Assembly: GCA_029777755.1 (NCBI GenBank)
Contig: JAKORQ010000370.1
Location: 1-46,772, forward strand
Origin: Planctomycetota bacterium
GTDB lineage: Bacteria > Planctomycetota > Phycisphaerae > Tepidisphaerales > Tepidisphaeraceae
Reading direction: 5' to 3'
Length of the DNA: 46,772 nt
In this document: positions 9,697 to 20,694 of the stretch, piece by piece
Numbering within the stretch: the first letter of the stretch is position 1
Layout: each line of letters starts with the position of its first letter
Position numbers and translations under genes: made by a program
The notes under the pieces: generated by a model
Told to the model about the DNA's origin: nothing
Seen by the model: only the letters and a program-made list of their open reading frames with translations
Databases searched by the model: none

Positions 9697-10623
9697 TTAA
9701 GGATGCCCGGGAGGCATCGCGTTGGCCGGGCCGAAGAACTTCTCGTTCATCTCGACCGTCTGCGACTTCTTGAGGTTCTCGATGAGCTGCTCGAGCTTCT
9801 GGCTGGCCTGCTGCTGGCTGACGCGGGCCTTAACCTCCTCAAAGCTGGAGGGCCGGCGATCTTCCACCTGGATGATGTGGTAGCCGAACTGGCTCTTTAC
9901 CGGCTCAGACACTTCGCCGGGCTTGAGTGCGAAGGCGGCGTTCTCAAACGGCTCGACCATCATGCCGCGGGCGAAATAACCCAGATCGCCGCCACGCTGG
10001 CCGCTGCCGACGTCATCACTCTCGGCGCGGGCGAGGGCGGCAAAGTCTTCCTTGCCCTCGACGATCCGCTTGCGGATGTCATCGGCCTTGGCTTTTGCCT
10101 CCTCCTCGGTGAGCGCCTTCTTCAGCGGGTTCTGGGGAGCCTGCGAGTCGGGGGTGCGGATGAGGATGTGGCGGGCCTTAACCTGGTCGTACCTGGACTT
10201 GTCCTTCTCATAGTCAGCGCGGATGGTCTCGTCATCCGGCGGCCTGGTGGCGTTCTCCGCCATCGCCTGCGCCAGCGCCTGGTCGATCGACAACTGCACC
10301 GCCACCTTGGTCTTGGCATCCTTGTCCAGCCCGAGCCGACGAGCCTCCTGCGCCAGCAGCTTGAACTCGATCATGCGCTCGGCCAGCATCCGTTTGCCCG
10401 GAGCCAGGCGAGCCAGCGGCTGAACCTCCGCAGGCAAGGCTTCAACAAACGCATCAAACTCCGCGGCCGTTAGAGTCTCCTCGCCAACCCGCAGCACTAC
10501 CGTGTTGGCATCAACCTCTCCGGCTACCGCAACATCAGCCCCGGCAGGTGCGGGCGCACTCTCCTGGGCCACAGCCAGCGACACAGGCGCCAGCACCGCA
10601 ATACAAGCAAACAGTTTTCTCAT
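9697..10623 (-). CDS. parvulin-type peptidyl-prolyl cis-trans isomerase (SurA/PrsA-like), secreted
   Basis: The signal peptide is [20 protein letters not shown]. The rotamase core is ARHILIRT...[43 protein letters not shown]. An AAGGAG RBS lies 4-5 nt before the ATG. Confidence 0.9.
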   Translation of the reverse strand: MRKLFACIAVLAPVSLAVAQESAPAPAGADVAVAGEVDANTVVLRVGEETLTAAEFDAFVEALPAEVQPLARLAPGKRMLAERMIEFKLLAQEARRLGLDKDAKTKVAVQLSIDQALAQAMAENATRPPDDETIRADYEKDKSRYDQVKARHILIRTPDSQAPQNPLKKALTEEEAKAKADDIRKRIVEGKEDFAALARAESDDVGSGQRGGDLGYFARGMMVEPFENAAFALKPGEVSEPVKSQFGYHIIQVEDRRPSSFEEVKARVSQQQASQKLEQLIENLKKSQTVEMNEKFFGPANAMPPGHP

Positions 10624-10849
10624 GTTCTCCTTTCAATGAGGAACGATCTACTCTACCGTCTGTGATCCATGCCGCAAAGCTCAGCAATGAGATTCGGGAC
10701 AAGGAAAACCAGAGCGGGCTTAAGTGAAAAATGCGGACGCCAGGCGGAGGAAACAGTGACCCTCGTGCATCGGGCATAGCGATACATTCGTCGAGGATCG
10801 CCTTACCTCCCACGGCTTGAGGACAAGCCGCTCCACTTTCAGTAGAGCT

Positions 10850-13800
10850 TCACTGCGCCTTCACTTTTCCCTGCGACATCATCCGGTCCAGCAGCTCGAT
10901 CGGGTGGATCGCCGATCGGCCGGTTCCGTCGTGGATCTGGTGGCGGCAGCTGGTGCCGGGGGCGACGACTATCGCGTTCCCTGGCGCCTGGCGCACCATC
11001 GGCAGCAGCGACAGCTCACCAATCTTCATCGACAGCTCATACCGATCAGTGGTGAAGCCAAAGGAGCCGGCCATGCCGCAGCATCCGGTGTCCAGTACCT
11101 TCAGACGATCACCGCAGATGCGCTTGAGCAGCCGGGCGGAAGTGTCGGCCGTCCAGAGCGATTTCTGGTGACAGTGCGCATGCAGCAGCACCGGGGCATC
11201 GTCACTGCCTTCCACCTCCGGGGGCACCGGATGCTGGTCCCACTGCTGGTCGATGAAGTCCTCGATCAGCAGCGATTTTTCCGAGAGTTGTCGGCGAAGC
11301 TCGATCGGCGTGGCGCACTTGAGTTGCAGGTAGTCATCCTTGAACGCACTCAGGCAGGATGGCTCGGCCACGAGGATGGCGGCGACGTTGGGATCCTCGA
11401 TGTATTGCCTGAGGTCGTTGATGACTCGATCGGCCGCGGTGATGGCGTCATCCAGCAACCCGGTGGAGATCATCGATCTGCCGCAGCAGCCGGTGCGGGG
11501 GAGGATTACTTCATAGCCGAGCCGGCTGAGTACCCGCTGGGCCGCCAGCCCGATGCGCGGCTCGTTGTAGGTGATGAAGCAGTCGGGGAACATGACGACA
11601 GACTTCCTGCCTCCCGATGTCTGCTGCTGATTGAACTGGGAGAACAAGTCCCGCTCGTAGCGCGGCAGCGAGCGCCGGCGGTCGATCTTCAGGACTTTCT
11701 CCATGATGGCGCGGACCGGCGAGAGGTTGGCGATGAAGTTGGCCATGCCCGGCATGATTGAGCCAAGCTCGTTCAGCTTGCGCACATGGCCGAAGACCCG
11801 TACGGCCAGCGGAGTGTGGCCGGCGGCACGGTACGACTGCGCCAGGTACTCCGCCTTCAGGCGGGCGACGTCCACATTGCTGGGGCATTCACTCTTGCAG
11901 GCCTTGCAGGAAAGGCAAAGGTGCAGCGTCTCAAGGGTGTCGGGGTCGTTCCAGGCAGGGAGATTGTTGCCGTCCTTGCCGATCTGGCCGCTGATGGCCA
12001 GGCGCAGGGCGTTTCCTCTGCCCCTGGTGGCGTGGCGTTCATCGAGCGTGCCGCGGTAGGAGGGGCACATGGTGCCGCCGGCCGTCTTGCGGCACACTCC
12101 CGCGCCGTTGCACATCTCCACCGCGCCGGCAAACCCTTCCTGGTCGGAGTAATCGTAATAGGTGTCGACCGGCGGGATCTGCAGCGGCTTTTTCTCCTGC
12201 GGCAGGACGCGGAGATGCTGGATCATCGTCTCGGCCGGGCCGGGATCGGTGATGATACCGGGGTTCAGCAATCCCTTCGGGTCAAACACCGCCTTCACCT
12301 CGACGAACGCCCGCATGAGCTGGTCGCCGTAAAAGTCGCGCAGCAGCGGGCCACGGATTCGTCCATCGCCATGCTCGCCGGACATCACGCCTCCGCATTC
12401 CTTAGCCCAGTTGGCCACCTCCTGGGCGATACTGCGCATGGCCTGGCGATCCTTTTCATCATGCAGGTCGAGCATCGGGCGGACGTGAAGCACACCAACC
12501 GATGCGTGGGCGTAATACGCCGCTCGGGTACCGTGGCGGGCGACAATTTCGCGGAAGCCCTCGATGAAGCGATAGAGATTCTCCACGGGGACGGCATTGT
12601 CCTCGACGCAGGTGACCGGCTTGCGATGGCCGCCGATGGAGTGCAGCAGCGGTTCGCCGGCCTTTCGCAATGCCCACAGCTTCAGCAGCGCGGTGGTGTC
12701 GCGGTAGCAGACGACCTGGGCATGCGGGAGGGCGGTCTTCAGGCGTGCAAATCTTTCTTCAAGTGCCTCTGCGCTCAGCTCCTGGTATTCCACGTACAGC
12801 ACCGCGGCCGGCGGCTTCCCGGCGACCTCCGGCACGAGTTCAAGGTATCGCCGACACTCAGGATTGCCGCGGGCGGCATCAAGCACTACGTCATCCAGCA
12901 ACTCCACCGCCGAGCATCCTGTCTTCACGCACGTGGGCACGTCGGCCAGGCAGGACTCAAGCGTGGCATATGAGATGATCGCCAGCCCCTTTGCCTTGGG
13001 GATGGGATGGAGCTTGAGCTTTGCCCGCAGGACGATCGCCAGTGTTCCTTCCGAGCCGCACAGCAGGGGAACCAGGTCAAGATCCTCGGCCGACGCGCCG
13101 CGATCGAGTTGATCGAGAATCATGTCCAGCGCATATCCGGCATTACGGCGGGAAGTCCTGGGGAAGCGAGCCCGTATCTGCTCGCGATCGCGCTCGACGA
13201 TCGGCATGATGCTGCGGGCAAGCTCCAGCGCCACCGGATCGCGCCGGCCGGCGCCGGGTCCGAGGGTAGTCACCCGGCCATCGGCCAGGCAGATCTGTAG
13301 CTCATGCACGTTCTCGACGGTTCGGCCATAGCGAATGGAGCGGGCGCCGGCCGCGTTATTGCCGATGCATCCGCCGATGGCGCACTGGGCGCTGGTGGCG
13401 GGGTCTGGCGCAAAGAACAGGCCGGTGGAGGCGAGCTGGCGGTTCAGTTCATCAACAGTTATACCCGGCTCGGTAAGGCACCAGCGCTCCTGTTGATTGA
13501 CCTGCAGGAGCTTCCGGCAAGTGGGGGAGTAATCGACGACGATGGCGCGGTTGACGCACTGGCCGGGCAGGGAGGTTCCGCCGCCGCGGGGCAGGATCGG
13601 CAGGCCATTTTCGTGGCAGAAGCGGGTGATGACCGGTACTTCATCGATGGCTGCCGGGTGAACGACGCCCAGCGGCTCGATCTGGTAGATGGAGGCATCG
13701 GTAGAGTAGAGCATCCGCTCATGGGAAGATGTGCGGATGGTTCCACGAATCGCCGGCCGGAGCCGCTGCTCCAGCAGCCTGGCGGCGTTCTCGACGGAAA

Positions 13801-13867
13801 GCGCTGGCATATTCATCGGGCAAATCAGGATACCCGACGACATTGCCTGCTGCGATAGGATGGGCAA
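10850..13867 (-). CDS. FAD-binding oxidase fused to Fe-S/CCG-domain oxidoreductase (YdiJ-like 2-hydroxyacid dehydrogenase)
   Basis: At ~1000 aa it matches the YdiJ architecture: an N-terminal FAD_binding_4 region (LPRGGGTSLPGQ), 4Fe-4S Cys clusters (CNGAGVCRK...CPS; CLSCKACKSECPSNV) and C-terminal CCG-type Cys motifs. The start is uncertain: TTG at 13867, or ATGs at 13843, 13816 or 13810. Confidence 0.85.
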   Translation of the reverse strand: MPILSQQAMSSGILICPMNMPALSVENAARLLEQRLRPAIRGTIRTSSHERMLYSTDASIYQIEPLGVVHPAAIDEVPVITRFCHENGLPILPRGGGTSLPGQCVNRAIVVDYSPTCRKLLQVNQQERWCLTEPGITVDELNRQLASTGLFFAPDPATSAQCAIGGCIGNNAAGARSIRYGRTVENVHELQICLADGRVTTLGPGAGRRDPVALELARSIMPIVERDREQIRARFPRTSRRNAGYALDMILDQLDRGASAEDLDLVPLLCGSEGTLAIVLRAKLKLHPIPKAKGLAIISYATLESCLADVPTCVKTGCSAVELLDDVVLDAARGNPECRRYLELVPEVAGKPPAAVLYVEYQELSAEALEERFARLKTALPHAQVVCYRDTTALLKLWALRKAGEPLLHSIGGHRKPVTCVEDNAVPVENLYRFIEGFREIVARHGTRAAYYAHASVGVLHVRPMLDLHDEKDRQAMRSIAQEVANWAKECGGVMSGEHGDGRIRGPLLRDFYGDQLMRAFVEVKAVFDPKGLLNPGIITDPGPAETMIQHLRVLPQEKKPLQIPPVDTYYDYSDQEGFAGAVEMCNGAGVCRKTAGGTMCPSYRGTLDERHATRGRGNALRLAISGQIGKDGNNLPAWNDPDTLETLHLCLSCKACKSECPSNVDVARLKAEYLAQSYRAAGHTPLAVRVFGHVRKLNELGSIMPGMANFIANLSPVRAIMEKVLKIDRRRSLPRYERDLFSQFNQQQTSGGRKSVVMFPDCFITYNEPRIGLAAQRVLSRLGYEVILPRTGCCGRSMISTGLLDDAITAADRVINDLRQYIEDPNVAAILVAEPSCLSAFKDDYLQLKCATPIELRRQLSEKSLLIEDFIDQQWDQHPVPPEVEGSDDAPVLLHAHCHQKSLWTADTSARLLKRICGDRLKVLDTGCCGMAGSFGFTTDRYELSMKIGELSLLPMVRQAPGNAIVVAPGTSCRHQIHDGTGRSAIHPIELLDRMMSQGKVKAQ

Positions 13868-13909
13868 CGGGATTGGTTGATTGGGTGCGGACCTGCTCTG
13901 CCGAGATCA

Positions 13910-14419
13910 CTATGCTGAGACCTGGGCCAGCAGGCGGTTGGCGTGGAGGATGATGCTGCCGGATTGCTTCTTGTTGATGCCAACCACCTGGAGGATGGCC
14001 CTGGCGCTGCGCTCGTCGGATGCGAGCAGTACCGAGTACGGTATCGGCGAGAGGCCCAGGAAGGTGTCGAGCGTCAGTTGGTCGACGATGCTGAACTGCT
14101 CGGCCGGGTCGCGCAGGGCGGCCGATACGCCGCGAGTGAGCGGCGAGTCCTCCAGTGGCGTGCAGAGCAGCACGAAGGTTCGGCCGCGGTGGGGCAATCT
14201 GGTCCGGGGCAGGAACAGCGTTGGCACCACCAGCATCTGCATGTCCTCGCGGGCGAACAGGCAGACATCCTCGTCCCTGACGATCTCGGGATAGCGCAGC
14301 GGCAGCATGTCGGTGATCAGCGGGCGGTCGATCTCCGTGAAGCCCTGCGAGATGAACTGCTGCGTGATGCGCTTGCGGCTGCGACGGTGTCGGATCGTGT
14401 TGAGGATCGAGGAAAACAA
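13910..14419 (-). CDS. hypothetical protein (169 aa)
   Basis: The ORF is GC3-rich and wedged between plsY (6-nt gap) and the ydiJ-like gene (42-nt gap) on the same strand. It has a TTG start with GGAGGG 10 nt upstream. I recognised no family. The opposite-strand ORFs here look like Arg/Ala-rich shadow ORFs. Confidence 0.55.
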   Translation of the reverse strand: MFSSILNTIRHRRSRKRITQQFISQGFTEIDRPLITDMLPLRYPEIVRDEDVCLFAREDMQMLVVPTLFLPRTRLPHRGRTFVLLCTPLEDSPLTRGVSAALRDPAEQFSIVDQLTLDTFLGLSPIPYSVLLASDERSARAILQVVGINKKQSGSIILHANRLLAQVSA

Positions 14420-14425
14420 GGCTGA

Positions 14426-15112
<687 letters not shown>

Positions 15113-15258
15113 CGCGGAAGTTTTACCCGATGCGGGGCAAGCCCGCGAGACTACCAATACCGCATCCCGCAGGTCTGCAAGACCGTGGCTGCGCGAATGT
15201 ATCTCTTATTTATATGTTGCGGCTCTTGTGGCGCCTGATACGCTGAACTCGAAGGAGT

Positions 15259-17586
15259 GTGATCGTGATTACACAAGAGCGTGGCCGGGGCGTGCATCAG
15301 CGGCAGGTTGTTCGGTTGGTGCTGCTGGGGCTGATGGTCGTGATTCTCCTTCCGCTGGCGTGGTACTTCCTGCGTCCTGGCGGGGAGGCGGCCGCGCCGG
15401 GCGGTGCTAAGGTGGTTCGCGAACGGCCTGACTACTCTGCCATCGTGCGATCGACTCCGTACGATGCGGAGTTTGTCATGGCGGCGGTGGTTGATCATGG
15501 GGGGAACTTCTACGTTGGCACTGAAGACTACGGGCTGTACCGCTATGACCTGGCGACGGGGAAGTGGCAGTGGTACATGCCCTCCAGCAGCGGGCTGGGT
15601 GAGAATACGGTGACGGCGCTGCTCACCGATTCGCTGGGGCGCGTATGGGCGGGGCACGTGTCGCAGGGGGTGTCGGTATTCAATGGCGAGAGCTGGAAGA
15701 ACTACAACTACCTCACGGGGCCGCTGGGCGGACGTGTGTGGGACATGGCGCTTTCGCCGGTCGACGCAAGCGTCTGGATCGCCACCGACCTTGGACTGGC
15801 GCAATACCTGCCGCAGACTGACGAGTGGCGCTATTACACTCGCATGGACGGGCTGGTTTGCGATGAGTTCTCGACGCTGGCGTTCGCCGCGGATGGCACG
15901 CTTTACGCCGGCACGCATTGCTACGGGCTGCTGATCGGCGAGCCTCAGGATGACTACCGCACATGGCGGCACATTCGCGGCAGCGCGGCCATGCCCAACA
16001 CCCCCTCAGGCGAGGGCCTGCCCAGCGAGATGATCAACGACATCCTCGTGAGCGGCACCGGGACAGTTTACGTCGCCACTGCCTGCGGCTTGGCCTGGAG
16101 CACCGATGATGGGCAGGCCTGGCGATTCGTTCGCGGCGAGAACTGGCGCGAGAATGTGGAGGGACTGTATAGCGCGCCGCAGCCGGAAGGGGATGACTCA
16201 GAAGCGCTGCTGGCGGACGACTGGGTGACGGCGCTGGCCGAGGATACCGACGGGCAGATCCGCGTGGGCTTTTACCGTGGCGGGCAGCAGATTCTCGATC
16301 CGGAAGTGACGGCCGTTGTGCGCGATCAGGCGATCTATGGGCAGATCACGAAATTCATCTACGCGCTGCCGGCCGACCATGGTTCGATAGTGGGAGTTTA
16401 TGGCCTGCGGCCGGCATGGCTGGAGGCCAAGACAAAGCTGGATGGGCAGGAGTTCGAACCGGCCGAGAGGCAGGCCGTGGCTCACCCATCGCCGGCGAAG
16501 GCACCCGGCCTGGAGGAGCTGCGCGCCATGCGCGAGCGCATCCGGGAGCTTCCTGAGGCGCAGCGGGTGGCCGATCTTCTTGGCGAAGACTGGGGCACGA
16601 CAGGAGACTGGATCAGCCGCTATGGCCGACAGCGGGGGATCATCTGCGCTGCGCAAAACCCCATGGACCACGACTACAGCCATGGTGAGCCGTACGATTT
16701 CCGCGTTGGCCTGGGGCCGCACGTGGCGACTGGGGCATCTCGCGGTGCCTGGAGCTGGCTACAGGGCAGGGAAAGTGACAATCCCCGCTGGCTGTGGGAT
16801 CCCTGCGTGAATACCCGCCGGATCGGCGAGTGGAATGATGGCAGCTTCGACGAGGGAAAGTACCCGATCACCTGGGAAGGGCCGGATCTGTGGCTGCGCG
16901 TTGATCTGCCAAAGGGCGTTCATCGCGTCAGCATCTATTTCCTCAACAAGGATGGGCATAACGACAATGCCCGGCATCGCGATTACCTCGTGCAGCTTCG
17001 GCCGGGAGCGCCGACTATCGAGGATGCGATGACGCTGCCGGTACTGGCGCAGACGCGCGTGCGCGAATTCTGGAACGGCGTGTACAAGCAGATGGTGCTC
17101 AGCGAAGGGCAGTACTGGATCAAGGTGCAGCGCAATGGCAGCGCGGCGACGATCCTCAACGGGCTGTTCTTCGATCGGCTTATTGGTGAGGCAAGCCCAC
17201 ATGATTCGCTGCCACGCGTAGGGATGGGGGACGTGATGTACGATCCGCCGGCGATAGCGCCGGGGATGCTCGCCGGGGAAGATGAGCAGTCGAGCCGGCT
17301 CATCTCGGCCGCGGCGGATCTCGTGCACGAGCTGGATGGTGCATATGCCCGGCAGGATGTGGCGGGGTACCAGAAGCCGTACCGGATCATGGCACTGCGG
17401 GCGGCCACGGCGGCCGACGCCCATGAAGAGCTGCTGGCCAACTGGCGCTGGTCACTGCCGGTCTGGACATCGACCGATCGTGCCGAGTTCGCCGAGCGGA
17501 TGACGGAAGCGCAGAGTTCTCTTGAGGGCAAGCTCAGCCAGTTGGAATCGCATGTGACGAAGAGGCGGCGCAATCCATGGCAGTAG
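15259..17586 (+). CDS. membrane-anchored beta-propeller (two-component-regulator-propeller-like repeats) protein with an unassigned ~400-aa C-terminal region
   Basis: An N-terminal TM helix (VVRLVLLGLMVVILLPLAWYF) is followed by repeats such as GLYRYDLATGKWQWY, VWAGHVSQGVSVFNGESWKNY and VWIATDLGLAQYLPQTDEWRYY. The start is GTG at 15259 or GTG at 15265; AAGGAG at 15252-15257 favours 15265. Confidence 0.7.
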   Translation: MIVITQERGRGVHQRQVVRLVLLGLMVVILLPLAWYFLRPGGEAAAPGGAKVVRERPDYSAIVRSTPYDAEFVMAAVVDHGGNFYVGTEDYGLYRYDLATGKWQWYMPSSSGLGENTVTALLTDSLGRVWAGHVSQGVSVFNGESWKNYNYLTGPLGGRVWDMALSPVDASVWIATDLGLAQYLPQTDEWRYYTRMDGLVCDEFSTLAFAADGTLYAGTHCYGLLIGEPQDDYRTWRHIRGSAAMPNTPSGEGLPSEMINDILVSGTGTVYVATACGLAWSTDDGQAWRFVRGENWRENVEGLYSAPQPEGDDSEALLADDWVTALAEDTDGQIRVGFYRGGQQILDPEVTAVVRDQAIYGQITKFIYALPADHGSIVGVYGLRPAWLEAKTKLDGQEFEPAERQAVAHPSPAKAPGLEELRAMRERIRELPEAQRVADLLGEDWGTTGDWISRYGRQRGIICAAQNPMDHDYSHGEPYDFRVGLGPHVATGASRGAWSWLQGRESDNPRWLWDPCVNTRRIGEWNDGSFDEGKYPITWEGPDLWLRVDLPKGVHRVSIYFLNKDGHNDNARHRDYLVQLRPGAPTIEDAMTLPVLAQTRVREFWNGVYKQMVLSEGQYWIKVQRNGSAATILNGLFFDRLIGEASPHDSLPRVGMGDVMYDPPAIAPGMLAGEDEQSSRLISAAADLVHELDGAYARQDVAGYQKPYRIMALRAATAADAHEELLANWRWSLPVWTSTDRAEFAERMTEAQSSLEGKLSQLESHVTKRRRNPWQ

Positions 17587-17694
17587 TCTCTCCTTGCAGA
17601 TGCGTCGTGCCGGCAGCGGATCGGAATTTGTGGCTGGATGTGCTTAGCAGGTGATACAATCAGCCCAACTGAACAATGAGCAAAGGAGAGATCG

Positions 17695-18138
17695 ATGGCT
17701 GATCTGAACCGCTATGCGAGCGTAGGACTCTTGATTATCCGAGTGGGGCTGGGGGCTTCATTCATCTGGCATGGACTGCAGAAATTCCTGGGTGGCGAGG
17801 AGATCCTCAAGCTCGTTGGGTCGGCCGTGAAGAACGTCGGCATCAACGGCGGGTTCTATGCCTTCGGCATAGCGGCGGCGACGACGGAGTCACTGGGCGG
17901 ATTGCTGCTTATCCTTGGGCTTTTCTTCCGCCCGGCGTGCCTGATGCTCACTGGCGTGATGGCGATGGCCACGCTGACGCACTACAAGGCCGGCGACGGC
18001 TTCGCCGGCTTCTCCCATGCGATGGAAGTGGGAATCACATTCCTCGGCCTGGCATTGATCGGCCCCGGCAGCTACGCGCTGGGCGGCAAACGCAAGTCCA
18101 AAGCGGCTGGTGAGAAGAAAGACAAGTCGAAGGAATAG
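17695..18138 (+). CDS. DoxX family membrane protein
   Basis: The N-terminus RYASVGLLIIRVGLGASFIWHGLQKF is DoxX-like, with four hydrophobic segments. AAAGGAGAG lies upstream of the ATG. Confidence 0.8.
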   Translation: MADLNRYASVGLLIIRVGLGASFIWHGLQKFLGGEEILKLVGSAVKNVGINGGFYAFGIAAATTESLGGLLLILGLFFRPACLMLTGVMAMATLTHYKAGDGFAGFSHAMEVGITFLGLALIGPGSYALGGKRKSKAAGEKKDKSKE

Positions 18139-18201
18139 CGGGATTTGTCTGTGGTTCCAATCATAATTGGTCACAGCAGGCCGCGTTGATAGTCCGAAAA
18201 T

Positions 18202-18236
18202 AAAACTGGCCTTGCTCTGGTGAGCAGGCCAGTTTT
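18202..18236. terminator. bidirectional rho-independent terminator between convergent doxX-like and PDH E2 genes
   Basis: The hairpin is AAAACTGGCCT (18202-18212) paired with AGGCCAGTTTT (18226-18236). It has an A-run on one side and a T-run (8 T) on the other. Confidence 0.8.
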
Positions 18237-18262
18237 TTTTCAGCACGATATAGCGACTGGAT

Positions 18263-19600
18263 TTACACCAGCATCATTGCCGGTTCTTCCATCAGACGGC
18301 GGAAGGTTTGCAGGAACTCGGCGGCCGCGGCGCCGTCGATGACGCGGTGGTCGGCCGAGAGCGTTACCGTCATGATGGTGCGGGCGACGAGCTGGTCGCC
18401 GCGGACGACCGCCCGCTTCTCGGCGGCCCCGATCGCCAGGATGGCCACCTCCGGCGGGTTGATGATGGCGGTGAACTGGCGGATGCCGAAGTTGCCCAGG
18501 TTGGAGATGGTGAACGTGCCGCCGGACATCTCCTCGCCCTTGAGCTTCTGCTGGCGGGCGCGCTCGATCAGGTCGGCCGTGCGCTGGCGAATCTCCTTCA
18601 GGCCCATCTGGTTGACGCCGCGGAGCACCGGAACAATCAGGCCATTGGGCAGAGCCACCGCGATGCCGATGTTCACATCGCCATGCAGGGTGATCTGCTG
18701 GCCATCGAAGGTGGCATTGATCGTCGGGTGCGCCTGGAGCGAAACGGCCAGTGCCTTGACGATGAAGTCGGCCAGCGAGAGACGGACGCCTTCCTTCTCC
18801 AGGATGGAGTTGAGCTTCTTGCGCAGATCGAGCACCGCCTCGCAGTCGATGTCGATGGTCTCGTAAAAGTGCGGCAGGTTCTGCTTGGATGCCTGTAGAC
18901 GCTGGGCGATGGTGGCCCGCATCTTGGTCATGGGCACAACCTGCTTCTCGCCGCTGGTGACTCGCGGCGGGAGGGGCGCTGCGGCAGCGGCAGGAGTGGC
19001 GGCAGGCTGCGGCTTTGCCATGGCGCCGGCGGCGGCCGCCTCGATATCCTTCTGCACGATGCGCCCGCCGGGGCCGGAGCCCTGGATGGTGGAAAGATCA
19101 ATGCCAAGCTCCTCTGCCATGCGCTTGGCGAGCGGCGAGGCGATGATGCGATCGGATTTCGTGGCCGGCTTCTGCGGCTCGGGAGCGGGGGCCGGGGCCT
19201 TGGCGGCCTGGGCGCGCTCCGGCTTTTCCTCCTCGGCGGCGCGGGTGCTGCCCTCTTCGCCGGGGGAAGTGTCCTGTTCCTTCGCCTGTGGCTTGGCGGC
19301 CGAGGCGGCAGCGCCGCCGGCCCCGCTGGCATACTGCTTCTTGATCTCGGCGGCGTCCTCACCCTTGGCGGCGAGCACGGCCAGCACCTGGCCGACCGCG
19401 ACCTTCTCGCCTTCCTTCACGAGGATGGCGGCCAGCGTGCCGTCATCAAATGCCTCCATGGGCATGGTTGCCTTGTCGGTCTCGATGTCGGCGATCTCTT
19501 CGCCGCTCTTGACCACTTCACCTTCCTTCTTTTTCCATTCGACCACGGTGCCTTCGGTCATGGTGTCCGAAAGCTGAGGCATTGTGATTTCAATCGGCAT
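18263..19600 (-). CDS. dihydrolipoamide acetyltransferase, E2 component of pyruvate dehydrogenase
   Basis: It has a lipoyl domain (IETDKATMPMEA), an Ala/Pro linker, an E3-binding domain (ASPLAKRMAEELGIDLSTIQGSGPGGRI) and a catalytic domain with DHRVIDGA. Confidence 0.93.
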   Translation of the reverse strand: MPIEITMPQLSDTMTEGTVVEWKKKEGEVVKSGEEIADIETDKATMPMEAFDDGTLAAILVKEGEKVAVGQVLAVLAAKGEDAAEIKKQYASGAGGAAASAAKPQAKEQDTSPGEEGSTRAAEEEKPERAQAAKAPAPAPEPQKPATKSDRIIASPLAKRMAEELGIDLSTIQGSGPGGRIVQKDIEAAAAGAMAKPQPAATPAAAAAPLPPRVTSGEKQVVPMTKMRATIAQRLQASKQNLPHFYETIDIDCEAVLDLRKKLNSILEKEGVRLSLADFIVKALAVSLQAHPTINATFDGQQITLHGDVNIGIAVALPNGLIVPVLRGVNQMGLKEIRQRTADLIERARQQKLKGEEMSGGTFTISNLGNFGIRQFTAIINPPEVAILAIGAAEKRAVVRGDQLVARTIMTVTLSADHRVIDGAAAAEFLQTFRRLMEEPAMMLV

Positions 19601-19687
19601 CGCTGCTTACCTTCCCTTATCCGTTCCGGGCATACATACAGGTGCATCAGCGGCCCTGGCGCTGGTGCCGGCCGCCTGCGCCGCACT

Positions 19688-20665
19688 CTAGCGGTAACAT
19701 ACTTCCTTAACCGCCGCCACCACTTTTTCCGGGTTCGGCTGCATCTGCAGCTCCAGGTAGTGATTGTACGGCGATGGCACATCTTCACTGCAGACCCGCT
19801 TCACGGGCGCATCCAGGTCATCGAAGCAGTGCTGGTAGACCTTCTCGAGGATGCCGGCGCCCATGCCGCAGTAAGGCCAGTCCTCATCGACGATCACGCA
19901 GCGATGCGTCTTGCGGATGGACTGGGAGATGGTCTGCTCATCCAGCGGGCGCAGCGTGCGCAGGTCGATCACCTCGGCGTCGATGTCCTCCGCCTCCAGC
20001 ATCTCGGCGGCCTTCAGGGCGTACTTCATGCACTTCGACCAGGAGATGATGGTGACATCGCTGCCGGTGCGCTTAACGTCGGCGACGCCCAGCGGCAGTG
20101 TGTACTCTTCTGCGGGCACTTCGCCGCGGTCGTTGAGCATCATTTCCGACTCAAGGAAGATCACCGGGTCGTCGCAGCGGATGGAAGTCTTGAGCAGGCC
20201 CTTGGCGTCGTAGGGATTGGAGGGCGCCACCACGATCAGGCCGGGGATACGGCTGTAGACCGCATCCATGCGGTGGCTGTGGGTGGCCCCGAGCTGGTGG
20301 GCGATGCCGTTACCGCCGCGGAAGACGATGGGGACGCGGAACTGGCCGCCGGACATATATCGCACGTTGGCGGCGTTGTTCACGAGCTGATCGATGGCGA
20401 CCCAGGAGAAGCTCCAGCTCATGAACTCCACGATGGGGCGCAACCCGCACATGGCCGCGCCAATTCCAAGGCCGCAGAACCCCGCCTCGCTGATGGGTGT
20501 ATCGATGATCCGCTTGGGGCCGAAGCGGGCCAGCATTCCTTCGCTGACCTTGTAGGCGCCGTTGTATTCGCCAACTTCCTCGCCCATGAGGAAGACAGTC
20601 TCATCTCGTTCCATTTCCTCCACCATCGCCTGGCGGAGGGCTTCTCTGAACTGGATCTCAGGCAT
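19688..20665 (-). CDS. pdhB: pyruvate dehydrogenase E1 component, beta subunit
   Basis: The sequence is typical of E1-beta (REALRQAMVEEMERDETVFLMGEEVGEYNGAYKVS..., IDTPISEAGF). It is 325 aa and sits between E1-alpha and E2. Confidence 0.93.
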   Translation of the reverse strand: MPEIQFREALRQAMVEEMERDETVFLMGEEVGEYNGAYKVSEGMLARFGPKRIIDTPISEAGFCGLGIGAAMCGLRPIVEFMSWSFSWVAIDQLVNNAANVRYMSGGQFRVPIVFRGGNGIAHQLGATHSHRMDAVYSRIPGLIVVAPSNPYDAKGLLKTSIRCDDPVIFLESEMMLNDRGEVPAEEYTLPLGVADVKRTGSDVTIISWSKCMKYALKAAEMLEAEDIDAEVIDLRTLRPLDEQTISQSIRKTHRCVIVDEDWPYCGMGAGILEKVYQHCFDDLDAPVKRVCSEDVPSPYNHYLELQMQPNPEKVVAAVKEVCYR

Positions 20666-20694
20666 AGCCGTTTTCTCGCTTTACTTCTCTTGCG

